A stretch of DNA of 63,558 nucleotides, filler included, from Reticulomyxa filosa (lineage: Eukaryota > Protista > Foraminifera): NCBI GenBank assembly GCA_000512085.1. It is 13 parts of 13 records of this genome, joined end to end, with 100 filler letters (N's around TTAATTAATTAA, not from the genome) between each part and the next. Parts side by side here need not be neighbours in the genome. Positions count along the whole stretch, not along the records: positions 39,392 to 43,166 come from ASPP01026959.1; positions 43,267 to 48,008 come from ASPP01025829.1; positions 48,109 to 50,017 come from ASPP01005178.1; positions 50,118 to 56,095 come from ASPP01018360.1; 9 more parts are not named here. One strand, given 5' to 3'. The notes below the pieces were generated by a model, which saw only the letters and a list, made by a program, of their open reading frames with translations, did no database searches and was not told where the DNA came from. A program made the position numbers and the translations under genes. This document shows, one piece after another, positions 39,412-54,423 of the stretch. The stretch's first letter is position 1; each line of letters starts with the position of its first letter.

Positions 39412-40639
39412 ATGGCATTTTACAACTGCACAAACCTCTCCGATGTTTTCTCCCTTTTCTATGTATGCCGGTTATAATGGGTTCTCAGGATTAGAACGTC
39501 CATTCTTTACCAATACTAGAAATGTCGTTGCCTGCTATGATCCATCGCAAACTAACTTGGTGCCATCTCCATGCATTGTCGACAATACTAACAGTTCTGC
39601 AATGCCACGATTTCTACACACTGCCCAACATATAATATCTCGTACAAACAGCATCAAAGTAACGGAAAAAAAAGAGGTACGTAGCAAAATACATGTATAC
39701 GTATATGTCCTTTTTTTGTTATTGTTGTTGGTTTTCTTTTTGCTTACTTTTAAAACATTTTTAATTTCTTTTTTTTTTGTGTTGAGTGCATAGAATAAAA
39801 ACGATAGGAAAAAAGTGGAAGTTGGTAACGTTTCTGCAATACCATTGACTCGTCCAGAAAAAGATACTACCAAAGATCGTTCCCCACCACAACAAAAGCA
39901 AGCTACAGAAGGTGAAAGAATCAGTTGGGTGAATCGTGTACGTATGCTAATATCTCTCATATTTCTTACTTTTTTTCTTTTTTTAAATGACTTTTTCTGC
40001 TTATTTGTTGTCTAATTCATCTTTACATTTTGATGTTTGATGTCAGCCGGTGCAACGAAAAAAGTCAGGTGGTTAGTCGTGCTAAGAGGACTTCCAGGAT
40101 CAGGAAAAACAACATTAGCAAACGAATTGTGTCGTCGTTGCCGCATTTGGAAGATATGTACGGAAGATAAATATCATTGGAGTGGCGGCGAAGATGGAGT
40201 AGGTACGTATACATTTCGTCCGGATTTTGTGGTTCAAGCTCGTCAACTATGTTCTGAGGAAATTCGTAGCAGTATTCAAAAACATATTCAATGTATTGTT
40301 TTGGACAACCACAATGCCAGAATGTCAATGTATGAAGATCACATTCGCTATGCAATCAAGCATGGTTACCGGATTCGCATCATTGAAATTGTCACTACGG
40401 ACGAATTAATTGATTGCTACTTTCAACGAAGTACCAAAGGCTTCACAAAGGATGTATTTGTAAAATTATTCAAATATTGGGAAAAAGATCCCAGAGCAAA
40501 ATTGGTCAATCCACAGTTTGAAAGTAAGAAATTGGTTAGTCTCGAAAAATTCAACGACCAAACTAAGAAGAAAACAGAAAATGATGAGGATGTCTATGAA
40601 AACGATACACAAACTGGTCTATCCAATGGGGTAGGTTGA
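39412..40639 (+). CDS. NEDD4-binding protein 2-like P-loop polynucleotide kinase (AAA_33) domain protein
   Basis: LVVLRGLPGSGKTTLA (Walker A), ICTEDKYH, CIVLDNHN, YAIKHGYRIRIIE. Upstream short exons are tentative. Confidence 0.8.
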
Positions 40640-41311
40640 ACTCACTGTTAAAAAAAAGTTGGATTCTTCCTCGACATTGTAATTATTACACGCAAAAAGA
40701 ATTGCATATATTTTTACGTTTTGGACTACAGACCTAGGCTGAAGTGGCTCTCTAAAGGTGTGAAGATGTGTTGTTGTTTTTTTTTTTGTTATTTATACGT
40801 ATTTTTATTGAAAACACATTGTTATGTGTTCTGTTTGCTAATCAGCCCAGCCGATTGTTGCTTTTTTTTCCCTTTTTTTTTTCGTTTCTTTTCTATCTTC
40901 TCTTGTAATTTTTTCCAAAATGATTGTTGTTTTCGCAATCAGATAAAGAGAGGTGAAAATATTGGATGCCCGAATGTTTATAAGATTTTTTTAAATTTGT
41001 ATGTAAAAGCGAATGAAGTCCTTATTGGAACTTCCTTTCGACAAAAAAATGTTATCAGTTCAAAAGAAGCAAAGTCAATATTTTGAATTTCTCACTTTCA
41101 ACAAAATACGAACATTTACAAGACGCCAAACAGATATTTGGAAAAAAAAATGTTAGAAACAATTGTTCCAAAAAAAAAAAGATCCGAGCAATGCTATGGA
41201 CAAAAAAAGGAATTATAAACGGTGGCAATCAAACAAAAAAAGTCACATTAGGAAAAAGAGAGGAAAGAAAAAACTAGAATAACTCAGCACTCTGTACAAG
41301 AAACGAAACAG

Positions 41312-42622
41312 TTATTCCCAATAGAACGTTAATACGTTTTCTCCGTTTCCACGAAGTAAAACAGTAGCCCTTTGGTCGTTGGTGCGACTTAGCATATCCA
41401 ACACACCAAGGTACATTGTAGAGTCTTTGAATGAACTAGGATGAGGTGCTGTGACAAAGACGCATTTTTGTTCGTGTGAATAGCTCTGAATCAACTCGCT
41501 CACACGCAGCCAACGTTTCAACTTTGTGTTATTCCAATTGCTACTTTCGGATAGTTTATAACCTGTCAATTGACAAAACGCTTCAAGTGTTTCCTTTGTC
41601 GGTTCACGACGACTTGATTTGACAGGGTAGGGACCGTTTATATGCAATCGGAATTTGCGTAGCAGAGATGCCAATTCCGCTTGCCATAATTCTATTTTTC
41701 ACATACACACAACAATAATAACTAAGTACGTATTTAATATTATCATTGAACACAACCAATCAAATCACTTTTTTTTTTCCTTCTCGGGGAACAACCAATA
41801 AAAATAAAAAAAATTGACCTGTGGTATCATCAATGCGTGTCAACAACCGTTGATCAACTAATCCTTGCGCGGAAATCCTGGAAAGTTCCCGAAGATGTGC
41901 CTCCGAGTCTTTGCTATGAGTGCTGCTCGTGGTATGCAAAGAACTCTTTTCCAAATTGCTGCTATGCAGGGAAGACGCTTGATGATTGGTACTGGATCGA
42001 TCATCGCCTTGCAACCCCTCACCGCCAATGTTGGAGTCTGCGACTAAAAACAAGCGAACAATGAACCGTTGCTTTTGCCGAAGCATTTTTTTATCGCCTT
42101 GTTTGGCCTTCAATTCACTATCCTTGTCTTCATATCCTTTTTTGACGGAGGCCGTCTCGGCTTCTTCCTTTGTTTCTTCTTCGTCTTGTTCGTGCGACGA
42201 GCTCAACTTCCTCCAAAACTGGTCAATGCTCAAAATGTGTGGCACCAGCAACGATAAGCCGCCGTCGTCGAGCAGCCACCACACATCGATTATCGTATTG
42301 CTTGCTGTAGGAGCGGATTTCATCGCAACCGGGTCGACGGTTACATTGCCCGACTTCATCGTGCCAAATGGAATATGTTCCAAGCCACGGCAAATCATGA
42401 ACCCCATTTTATATTGCTGTCAACGATTATTTATTATTATTATTACATATATTTATACAGAGATACACTATCACTTCAAAAGCAAATCCAAATAAAAACA
42501 AAAAAAACGAAACAATGCATTCAGCCAACAAAGTGACGTATGCTTCATTGGAGAATTGATCTGTGAATGATGGTTGTGACTTCTGCTGTGATACTGATCG
42601 AGGTGGCAACAAAGACTGCGAC

Positions 42623-42664
<42 letters not shown>

Positions 42665-43140
42665 CGTTGCAACCCTTGATCAATGGCCATTTCAGGAGTT
42701 GTTTCCTGATCAGAATCGGGCTGTTGTTTTGGCTCAACCTCCAAGTACGAGCGTTTTTCAGGAATGAGCTCCGACCAATTCTTTTTGAATCCCAAGACCA
42801 AGACATTGCATCGCAGCTTCCCCAAGCCATTCAACTGCATCAACGACTCCACGCCCGCTTTCAAATCCGGCGCGACAATTTTCTCATAAAACGCATGTAT
42901 TTTCATATGCTTCGGCAAATAGCAACTCGTGTTGTTATTCAGCAACGACAGTTTGTCCTGGAACGTCCCGCACAGCACCTCTCCGTATATTATCGTGCCA
43001 TTGCCATGTCGCAGCGTGTGAGCAAACTTGACCAATGGCAATCTCGACTCCGGGTTGCCCGTCAATACCAAAAACGAGGGTTGATAGTTTTTCACGTGAT
43101 ATTTGTAGTGAACCAAATCCAACACTGCTTCATTTGTACC
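41312..43140 (-). CDS. SLC12 cation-chloride cotransporter, C-terminal domain (5' truncated, multi-exon)
   Basis: HVKNYQPSFLVLTG, GLGKLRCNVLVLGFKKNW, IDVWWLLDDGGLSLLVPHIL, MASLLRKFR, LLRGNGENVLTFY. Confidence 0.93.
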
Positions 43141-46100
43141 TTTTTTTTTTTTTTTTTTAAAAAAAANNNNNNNNNNNNNNNNNNNNNNNNNNNNNNNNNN
43201 NNNNNNNNNNTTAATTAATTAANNNNNNNNNNNNNNNNNNNNNNNNNNNNNNNNNNNNNNNNNNNNTTTTCTGTGGCTTTCTCCTACGACTATCTGTTCA
43301 ATTTGTTTATTCATGTATGTTTGTTTTTTTTTGTCTATTGTTTCTGAAAACATATCCAATGGATACAAAATGAACAGCAAAAAATTTTGTATGAAAAACA
43401 AAGTATTGCACGAGTGGGGATAATAAAAGAGATTATATATGATAAAATTGAAATGAAGACGCGTAAGAAAAGATTTGATACAGAACAAATTGTACAATGG
43501 ATTCTACGACAAGTAAGACTCCGTTGTTGGCACTCTTTTTTTTTTGTTTGTGTTTTGCAAGTATTTGTGCTTTCTTTGTTTACCGTTGGAAAAAGTTGAT
43601 GCTGTTGAAGCATTTTCTTCATTTCTTCTTTGTTCCATTTTGTTTTTTTTTCAGCAGTTGTGTCACAGTGAATTTAAAAACTAAGGGGACAAGAACGCAA
43701 GCTTGGCTATTCCGATCGAAAAGAAAGAATGTTATTTTTGAATGTAAAATAAATATTACATATTTTGATCTTTTAAACAAAATAAATGAATGTCACGTTG
43801 CTTCACTACAGACAAAACCAGTTCATTCAACAAATAAGTGATATTTGTTCAAATCTCTAATGTTTTTTCGTGAACCTTGTGCGTTTGTTTTTTGTGATAT
43901 GTAAATCGAAGTTATGCACAAAATAATGAATCATTTGTTATTTCAAAGAAAAGAATATTATAGTGCCAAACCAAATCTAGGCGAACAGACACCAACTCTT
44001 TTCAAAAAAGAGAGAAAAGGAGAATTTATATAAATAATCTTTAGAATGTCAATTCCAACTTGCCCAAACAAACATAACTTGAAAAGATATAATACATAGA
44101 GGTCTGGCTACGCATATCAACTTTGTATCCGAACTCTCCAGGAAGGAACACAGATGTATGGATGTGGAATATGTAATTGGGACTATTGCACTCCATGTTG
44201 GTTTTCAAAACTCTCCAAAAAAATTGGACTTACTCAATTCAATTATCACATTAAAAAAGATGGGTTGAAAGTAAAAATAAAAAACAAACAACATAATCAC
44301 TCTTTACAATGATCGTAACTGTACAATAAATATTCTTCAGTAACTGTCAAAAAAACAAAACAAAATGGAAAAGAAAAAACTTCATTAAAACTGTGTATTG
44401 CTGGAAAATAAAAAAATCATGCAAACTTTTGGATAAAAAGTGAACACGAGATTATTTTGAGCAATTCAAATTAATTTCGCAAGAAATCAATTGCTACGTA
44501 TCAAAAGAAAAAGCAAAACGAATTGACAACGTTACAAAATTTGTATGAACACTTTATCACAAATAAATTATTGAATTTTGAGGACTGTATTCACTAGGTA
44601 GAACAAGCCTTTATTGGTTAAGGGACCTTTTTCCTCTTAAATCTACTTACTTATGCTTTTTCACTCATTCTCTTCTTGGATTATTTTGTTTTTGCTAAAA
44701 AAGCTTTCAAGAGAGCAACATTTTCGTATTACACTTTGTATCTTAAAGTAGTTAGATCCTTATACTGAGCACATTTAAAACTTGAGAAAGCACACAGTCA
44801 CATCACACAATTTTTCAAGGACTCAATTTTAAGTAATGGAGTATCTTTATCTTTCCAGACATAGAACTTCTCCAATATTCTTGCCATGTGTGATACCTCG
44901 AAGATCACCAAAAAAGGTTATTGTGATTATTACAACATATCGTTGAGGTATTCACTTTATTTTGATAAAAAGATTGTGAATAATAGACAATCACTTACTC
45001 TCATTACTATTACAAATGATACGAATGATAGATTGTAGGAAAGGTGAATGAGATTATTCGAGGATGTTGTATTAGTGATTAGATATGCAAGTATCAATTA
45101 AGAAAGGATGTGAAAAATATTTGTTTTATTTGAGTGAACATGGACTGGATGTTGAAGAAATTGCAACCATTTTCAGAAAAAAAGAGTCATTCGTTAAAGT
45201 CACTCCAAATATTTTTTTGGATCTTAAGAGTGATTAAAAAAAATGAATGAAAGGCTCACAAAGCCAAAAGAAAACAATTGAATTGAAAGTGGTATGCCAC
45301 CAATCATTTCCAACACAACTGCTACTAACTCTCAAAAAAAAAAAAGTGGGAGTACAAATGGTAAAGATGATCTCTTTTTGCAAAAGAAAGGGCAACGAGG
45401 GACAATGCTATCGATAAGACGAAATGAACGAATAAAGGTCGACGAATAAATTTATAAATGGACAAATGAATGGGTAAATAAATAAAGGAGTCGAAGTAGA
45501 TGACTCAATGCATCTGCAATGAAAATGTTGTTGATCGAATGAAAGCGGCATGTATGATGAATTGTGTAAAACGGATTACAGATTTGAAATAGACAGCCAC
45601 TACTACATTCTAAATGATATGTTTTGATTTGTGATTGAATAGAGGATGAATATGAACACATTATTGAAAGGAGACATAATATGCTTTATAATCACTTGCT
45701 TACTTTTGTAATGTATTCAATTACTTCTTCATCATTCACCAAATCTAAGCTTATTCTGACATTAAACAGATAAAAATTCTTCAGAATCGTTTTTGTCAAA
45801 CTTACCGCGAACAAATAAGCGAGTGTCAATTCACAAATTTAAAGAAAAATTGTTTTGTTTGAGGAAATAATCCTGAAAAATTTGTAATGTGACGACAACA
45901 TTTTTAAAAAAATTAACATTCGTTTGAACACTCCAAAGATGAACACATCTTAAGAGTGTAAAAAGATCCGCACTAAAAATTTTTTTTAAAAAAAAAAAGT
46001 TTCCAATTTTGATTATTTTCATTTTGCAGTGAAAAATGTGTAAATTGAAATATAATATTGCAATGATGTAATAACCTACAATGAAATCTTTTCTTGAAAG

Positions 46101-46605
46101 GAACAATTCTATGGTCATTTAGAAAGTTATAGCTAAATTTAATTTCCATACATTCCAAAAAACCAACTACACAAAAAAAAAACATTTTAAAATCGTTGAA
46201 AGAGCATGTTGCAACTTACTTCAACTTTTATACCATACACAAAAAATGCAACATCTTCTTTCCCCACTTTGAGCACACATTTTTCAAAAAAGTGCAAGCT
46301 GTTTTAGCTGTGACCATGTGGATCCAATAGTGGGTAGGGAAAGAGGAAAAAAAAAAAAAAAAAAAAATACAAAAGGAAAGAGTAAAAGAGAGAGAGATTA
46401 CAACAATTTAAAAAAAAAAGAAAAAATTAAAAAAAAAGTGAGCAAACAAATAAAGAGCGAGTTGTCCATTTCTCCATGTTTTTGTATTTCTTTCTCTTTT
46501 TTTTTTTTTAATAAAAGCAAACGTTGTTATTTCAGGCCATAATAACAACGGAGACAACAAAATATGAGTTGGCAAAGCCACATTTACGAAATGGGACCAA
46601 AGTAT

Positions 46606-46910
46606 TTAATCACTTGCCCCTTTCTGTTTGCCTCGAATCGTGCCATAATAATAGTCTGTCTCGGCGACAATGAAATGTTCGCTGTCATTGTATGCGACTT
46701 TGGGTGATGGCAGGACCTTCATCAACAGGCCGGTGATCAAGCCACCAACGACAGCGATTCCAAACGTGACACACAAGCCGGCGATTTGATACGCTCCTTG
46801 GTGATGCATATCTCGACGATATCTAGATTTGTCATTGAAACTACCTACTGTAATCGCGGATGCAACACAGCCCAAAATGCCTGGCATTCCATGCAAATTG
46901 TTTACACCAC

Positions 46911-46943
<33 letters not shown>

Positions 46944-47960
46944 CAAATGTTATATAATATATGTATATAAAACGTATATATAATTTTGAATAATAATGAC
47001 AAACATCATCATCATCACATTAAAAAAAAAAAAAATGAGCTCTTTCTTTCTTTTTTTTTTGGTATGAATGTGCATGTACGTATACGTTAATACACATACC
47101 GTGTGTCGTATAATCCCACACTTGGACAGGCGGTTTCATACAGTTTAAAACCAATAGTAGACAAAACTCCTGCGAAAAATCCAATTGCAACGGCGCCAGC
47201 GGGATTTGTGTACAAGTCTGCACAAGCACCCATGGCAACCCCGCCAGCCAAGGTGGCATTTTGGATGTAGGTCATGTTGATCTTGCCTTTTCGATTGCAT
47301 TTGCTAACGATAAATGCCGCTATGGTCGACGCGCACAAAGCAATAACTGTGTTCACAAAGGCACGAGTTCGGTCACTTTGACGTCGCAAGCCGTCATATC
47401 CACTCTCTTGTATTGGGGCTGCGTACGCAAAATACGCATTAAAGCTCGGGAAATACAGCCACTACACATTTATGGACAGATATTTTTTTTTTTTTTTTCT
47501 TTTTGGAAATTAGAGAAAAACAGAAATAATGCACACCACAAATACGTATACAAAAAAAAAAAAAAAAAGAAACGAAACTAAGAATAGGGTGCCAATCATC
47601 GTAAGCAATTCGGAATGATAAATGGAAGTGGACGGTGTCATATGTTCGGGCTTGCCAATAATTAAACTGGCAGCCAATCCAAAATAGCAACCAAAAACGT
47701 GAATGGTGGCGCTTCCTCCGGCGTCGGTCATCCTCAAGTAATGATGGACAATGTAAAAGTTGATTGCATAAAGCGGCACCTCAATCAACGCCATGAGTAA
47801 CAGCTGGCTCGGAGTCACCCTTCCCAATAACGCACCCATCGATATCAATATTGCCACTGTACCCATATCTGCTTCCACCAATGAGTTCATTGAAAAACTA
47901 AACTTTCGTAACGTCTTTCCCCAACCCAAGTGTTCACGAGGAGGAGAGCCATGCCATCCT
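46606..47960 (-). CDS. Rh-type ammonium transporter (5' truncated, multi-exon)
   Basis: VAILISMGALLGR, DAGGSATIHVFGCYFGLA, MIGTLFL/WLYFPSFNA, IQNATLAGGVAMG, LHGMPGILG (twin His retained). Confidence 0.95.
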
Positions 47961-48108
47961 TTTTTTTTTTTTTTTTATTGTTATTGTTATTGTTATCTTC
48001 TCTCTTTTNNNNNNNNNNNNNNNNNNNNNNNNNNNNNNNNNNNNNNNNNNNNTTAATTAATTAANNNNNNNNNNNNNNNNNNNNNNNNNNNNNNNNNNNN
48101 NNNNNNNN

Positions 48109-48142
<34 letters not shown>

Positions 48143-49512
48143 TTTTGTTTTATTTTTGTGTTTTAAAAAAAAAAAAAAAAAAACAAAAAAACGTTCCATC
48201 GTACCCCTTTTATTTTGAACGTTGTCTCTCTGACGTCGAGCGATTCATTCGTTGTTATGTCTGTCAACAGAATTGTATCTTTGCTATTGTCAATCATCGC
48301 CTTGCAGTGCTTGGTCTTGTCCGCGTGACTGATTTCAACTTCGTCTCCAGTGCACAATATCTGTCATCACGCACATGCACATTTGTGCATTTTGCCTTAA
48401 GTGTTTCTCGACCACATTGGAGAGAGGGGGACAAAAAAATTCCAGGACTTTAGGGAAGGGAGTATATTACAAGTGCTGTGTCATCAAATTTTCAACACTT
48501 GTAGTGATTGATTGATACAAAAAAAAAAACACATGCCATATAATGGTGCAACAATTTACTGCTTATTCGGAATATGTCTTTACTCGATGCAAGACGTCCA
48601 ATGTCTTTAAAATTTTTTGGAGTGTTGCCGTTCCATTCTTGGACCTTTCCAAAATACCAATCTGTGTTCAGCTCTGATCCATCGTCCTAAACACAATGTG
48701 TGACAATTCGTTTTCTTCTACACTTTTGCTCTGTCTTAGTTTAACCGACACTACACTCAAGCAAACGTACCCATTCCACTAAAATAAAATTATTGTTTGA
48801 CAATCCGTTGGGATGATCCAATGGCGGCGATGGCGTCATTAATCTCTTCGGATTTGGTGCCGAAATACCACTGCCCTTAAAGGCGCATTGGATACGAAAA
48901 CTGCAACGGGTATTTTAGAGGCTGAAGTCTCTTTTTAGTTTTCTTTAAAAGAGTCACACGAACAACTCCTGTTTGCAGAAATTGTAAATCCAATTTATAT
49001 CACTTCTTTCATACTTAAATTTATTTGTTGTGAATTGTTTTATTAGAGATAATTGAAGACACAGTATATTTTCTTTAATATCTTAACAAACATGTCTTGC
49101 CAATATTATAATCTTTTTATATTGTACTGTATCTCACATTTGCAACTTTTTTTATCAATAAAACTGATACACGTATTTCCATCTTTAATTAAATGTGCAA
49201 CAGTTATTGAACATTGCACGAGTAATTGCAAAAAAAAAGGATAGTTAAACAAATATCTATATACAAAGTTTTCACAGAAGAAATTTTTTTAAAAAATTGC
49301 TGTCTTTTTGTACGTTCAAATATATTTAAAATTTATTTGATTACCGTTTACAATCATTCTTAACTTGTCCAAGATTTTGTATGATAAACAATCAAACAAA
49401 AAAAAACCATAAAGAACGTTGTTTGTGGATAGCCCTTTGAATTTCTGTACCTCTAAAAAAACCTCGGAAATTTTATCGTGACTTCATCTTGGCTAAACTT
49501 GGTTAAGAGGAA

Positions 49513-50017
49513 ATGACAAATGCGTTTCCAGTTGATAATCATAATAGCACAAGCAGTGATAATAGGGAGGGATCTACAAGCAATAACAACCCAACAAAAA
49601 CTTTCAGATGGTTGTTGGAAACTCGCTTAACCACACAACAACACCGTATTGATGAATTGACTCGGCAAGCACGTATAGATGTGCAGCATGGAGGAACTCA
49701 TCTTGCACAATCAGTGATGCAATCGATAGTGAATTTCATTGTGAGACAAGGAGCAGACGACAGAGAAGCAGGAATATATTTGTTGGACAGCATATGTCGA
49801 CACGTAGGAGGAGTGTACCTGCAGCTATTTGAAGCGCATATGATTGGATTGTTTGTGAAGACGTATGAGTATGGGAGAACAATACGGCCAAAGTTGTTGC
49901 GCATATTGGACGTGTGGAAAAGAGAGCGCTTGTTTCCAAATCAAATCTTTTTGAAATTGTTTGAAGAGCTTAGAAAAATCGACGCTCAAGTCAGAGGTGG
50001 CGAAACCCGACAGGACT
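49513..50017 (+). CDS. CTD-interacting-domain protein, Pcf11-like (3' truncated)
   Basis: IDELTRQA..IYLLDSICRHVGGVYLQLF..LFVKTY..RPKLLRILDVWK..LFP matches the CID (DSI motif). Confidence 0.8.
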
Positions 50018-50245
50018 NNNNNNNNNNNNNNNNNNNNNNNNNNNNNNNNNNNNNNNNNNNNTTAATTAATTAANNNNNNNNNNNNNNNNNNNNNNNNNNN
50101 NNNNNNNNNNNNNNNNNTTTTTTTTTTTTTGGACCGCTCGCTCTTTTGTAATGCATTAACGAGGATATACATATATGTACATATATATGTATATAGGAAA
50201 ATAAAATAATTAAAAAAAAAAAAAAAAAAGAAAGCAAATGGGTTA

Positions 50246-50703
50246 CCAATAGCTTGAGGGACAGCCAGTCCATCGACAGTCAACCCGGCAGCTAAATCTG
50301 CTTTAAACAGATCCCAAGTGTATTTCGTGATCCAATGCCGGATATAAAATAACCACGACAATGCCTTTGAAAGGCCTTTTGGATTTAGTATATGCCATAA
50401 TACTTTGTTATCCTCAGGCTATTGTGTTTTTGCATTGTTTCATCAAAGTTTTTTTTTTTTTTTTTGTGTATGCGTGTCTTTTTGTCTCCTACCGCTCTCC
50501 TTCTATTACACTTGTCGCTCATACAATTTAACTTCTGTTAGATGATGATCTGCATGTACTGGGTCGGTCTCTCCGTCAATGTTTACGGGTGGTTGCTGTT
50601 CGTGGGTTATCTTGTCTTTGTTTGCCACAGCTGCCTCTATCTCCAACTCGATTGTGTTTTCAGCTGCTTCTTGTTCATTTGTCTCAGTAGAGTCTTCACT
50701 CAT
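50246..50703 (-). CDS. SLC26/SulP anion transporter, N-terminal fragment
   Basis: WITKYTWDLFKADLAAGLTVDGLAVPQAI matches the SulP motif W...Y....D..AG.TV....PQ. Confidence 0.75.
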
Positions 50704-52467
50704 TCTAGGCACTCTATGATTTCAATATAAATATCTTTTACACAAGAAATGAAAAAAAGCCACTAAACGTTTTAGCAAGCAAACTCTGGCGGGGAGTGTC
50801 GTCGCTCGTTTTTTTAAAAAACCTACAGTCTGTTGTTACCGTTGAAAATCTTTGCATCCAAACATAAAAGGTTATAACAATAGTTTTATATTATTTTGTT
50901 AATATCTTCTTCTACACCTTGTAACATACATTTGTATCATAAAAAAAAGAAAAGAAAACAAATGAAGATTGTGATACTAATTTAGGACATTATTCCATTA
51001 TCTTTAGACAACACTGATGAATTTACTGAATTATTCACAACAATATGAACACTTCATTCAATTGATGAAATATCACGTTCAACTATTGTGTTTGGGTTGT
51101 TGAAAGATAATAAGATTGATGATATGTTTGATTTAAAAGTCAAATTCCAAAATCATTATCAATATCAATTTTAAGATATATATTAAATTAAAAAGTGTTT
51201 GATTTTGAAAAAGATGGAAATGTCGAATAGAAATGAATTTGATAAATTTTCATACTCTTAATTATTGAACAAAATATATCAAATAACAACAATTGTTATT
51301 GGATTTCACTTTGAGTCCAACAACAAATTTTTTTATTGCGTTATTTATAGCATTTAAAAGAAAGAGTTGAAACATAAATTCAAAAATAGTTCAATCAAAT
51401 ATTGTGGAAAATGTCAATATTCAAAAATAACGAAAAAATGATAACTTTATAACATCCAACGAAGAAGAACATTGAAGTGAATCAAATAAAAGATTGTTAT
51501 TCGTTTAAAACAAAATGAGTTTAATGAATCATTGTCGTATTTGAATCAAACACAATCGATAAATTTTCTTGTAAAATTTCTTTTTCATATTGTTGTTCGA
51601 TTTAATTATCTTAAGTCATTTTTTAAACACAATAAACATTTTAACATATCAAAAAGTAATTGTGCATATATGTATACATTGTGCAAGTATATTTGCTGCA
51701 TACACGTCTTGTTTCTACAAAATTTAGTTCACAATCATTCTTCAATATTTTCGTTTACACTAATGCTGTCAACATATTCAGTTTTATCTATATTTTTGTG
51801 TTGCATTCCGAAAACGCTTTATCATACTAAAAATAATTAAATTAAAATTACGTTTTCACATATTGCGTTAATGTCAGTAGTATGTACTGACTTGAACAAT
51901 ATTTGGACATCAATATCATTGTTCAGTTATATCAATGTTTAACGTTCCGCTAGTGCTAATCTGATAATATTGCTATTATACTCGCAACTGTTTCCTTTTG
52001 GTTGTCTTCCAAGTGCGTTTGCAATTGCTTGTTTTCGTCTAGTTGCTTTATGTCATGCGTAGATTATCTCATTACCAATTTCAACAAAATGGAAGTCTTT
52101 TTTTTGTTAATGTAGTGTGCAGAGACTTCACCTGTTTAGTTTCAGGTTACGTTTTTATTAGTTATATCTATCAAGCGTTTTCTTTTTTTTGTTTGCAGCT
52201 GCAGTTTTCTTTGTGGTGTTATCTTTGTACGTATTTTTTATTTACAAGGAAAGATTGAGTATAAGTTTGTAACTTTATTCAACAAAAATTTGAAAATTAA
52301 ACTTTGAATATGTCTGTGATGTAGCTTCATCTTAATAAATCAATACGTGTTGCACAAGCATCAGTCCGCTGCATTTCTCGTAAACTCTTTCGACGAAACC
52401 TGAAAAGTTCAGCTGGTTCAGTCATCATTATTTTGTCGTTGTCTTTTTGCAATCAAACAAAGAAGAC

Positions 52468-53945
52468 ATGCCCAAGAACACTAATGTGCAAAAGGGTAAG
52501 GCTGACCAATCTAAAAAGCCAAAGGCTGCAACGAGCCAGCCCAAGAAAGCTCCTGCTGCGAAAACTAAAAATGCAACCAAAGGCAAAAAAGGAAAAGATA
52601 AAGTTGCCGGAAAAAAGCAAGTAAGTTGTTTCTTTTTTTCTTTCTCTTAAAATGCCCACAAATTGTTAAAAAAAAATGAAAAATAGCGAAGAGAATTTTC
52701 AAGTTACATGTTTCAATTCCGCCGACCTTCCCGAAGAATTGGCTCTGGTGGTGTTATGCCCAAAACGAGAGCATTGGGTCGATTGATGCGATGGCCCAAG
52801 TATATACAGTTGCAACGACAGCGTAAAGTCTTGTTGCAACGATTAAAAGTTCCTCCAGCTTTGAACCTTTTCAATGCCCCGGTTGGTCGCATCAGAGGTA
52901 AATTTTTTTGGATTTGTTTTATAACCAACCAACACACAAAAAAAAAAATGAAAGTGAAAAGGGGGGTTAATAATAAAAAACATCTTTTTCGTCACCACAT
53001 TTTGTTAAAGAAATGTGCACCGCGAAACACCGCCATTGCGAACTTCAAAAAAAATTTTTTGGGGGGGATTTAATGTAATCGCCTTTTTTTTTTTTTGCTT
53101 GTAAATCACGTGATTTAGTGAAAAGAGGAAGTAATAATCACAGTCGATAAATTAATTTTTTTTTTTTTTTTTTGCATTAATGAAATTGTAATTTGCAATA
53201 GCCCGTGCGATAGTTCGATTGTTTAACAAGCACAGACCAGAAACAAAAAAACAAAAAACCGCAAGACTACTTGCTGCAGCAAAAGCACAAGCTGAAAGCA
53301 AACCACTTCAAAGCGAAAAACCTGTTGTTACTAAATTTGGATTCAATCATGTGACTAATTTGATCGAAGCTGGAAGACCTAAGCTCGTCTTGATTGCACA
53401 CGGTATGATTTTGTCGTGTTTTTTTAAGACAAATTTCAACCTGTGTTTTTTTTAAATTTTTTTGGGGCTTGTTGTGAAATTGTTATAGATGTTGACCCCA
53501 TTGAATTGGTGTTATGGTTGCCCACATTGTGTGTGAAAAAGGACATTCCTTTCGCCATATTCCGCGGAAAAGCGCGCTTGGGAACTTTGGTAAACCAAAA
53601 GACGGCATCGTGTGTGGCATTGTGTGACGTGAAACCTGAGTTTCAAAAGGAATTTGATGAAGTTAACTGCAAATACATTTTTGTGTCTTCAACCAACTAC
53701 ATGAAATAGGGAAAAGGAAGGAAACAAACAATTGATAAATGGAATGCACGTTGTTACAGATAGTGAAAGACTGCCGCGTCCAATACAATGACAGATTCAA
53801 TTACTTGAGAAAAAAGATCAGCGTCCAAATCATGGGTATCAAAACTCGTCACAAGATCGCCAAAAGAAGACGTTACAGAGATGCAGAAGCCAAGAAAAGA
53901 AAGGAAGCCCAAGAAGGCGAAGGAAAAGAAACCACTGGCAAGTAA
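52468..53945 (+). CDS. RPL7A: 60S ribosomal protein L7a (eL8), five exons
   Basis: [81 protein letters not shown] introns start near 52621, 52898, 53403 and 53662. Confidence 0.95.
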
Positions 53946-54423
53946 AAAGTGGAAGTTTAAATGCAACCAAATATTTGATAGAGATTTTGTTTTCAGACAA
54001 TTCTCCACACTTTGTTATTTTTTCCGTGAGTTATTGGTTGCTTTGTTTGTTTCAAATTAATGGGTGGCTTGACTCTTTGATTTTAAGAGGCTTTGTCAGT
54101 CTCTGCTTTTCGTTGCGATATTTCAAATTCTGTAAAAGATTCCGCACTAGCGAATTAATTGTGCGAATAAAAAGCTCAGTTTTTGAAAAAGGACAGGGAG
54201 AGTCAAGGTTACTTGCGAAAAATTGTTTTTGTCTTTTTGGGCTATTCACAAACATTGCGCATTATTTTATAGCTGTCTATGATTTTTATTTCCTTCTCCT
54301 GCAAATTTAATTGTTTTATAAAATCTTCCTTAATTTTGGCTGTTTTTCATCAAATAGCCCTTATTGTTGGACAAAGAGCTGGCGGTTTAACGTTTTTTTT
54401 TTAAAGTCAGTTTTAAGCAAAGA

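Noticed and set aside
29274-50703. Apparent ion-transporter cluster (CLC, SLC12, Rh, SLC26)
   Set aside because: Each gene is on a different contig, so the adjacency is not real.
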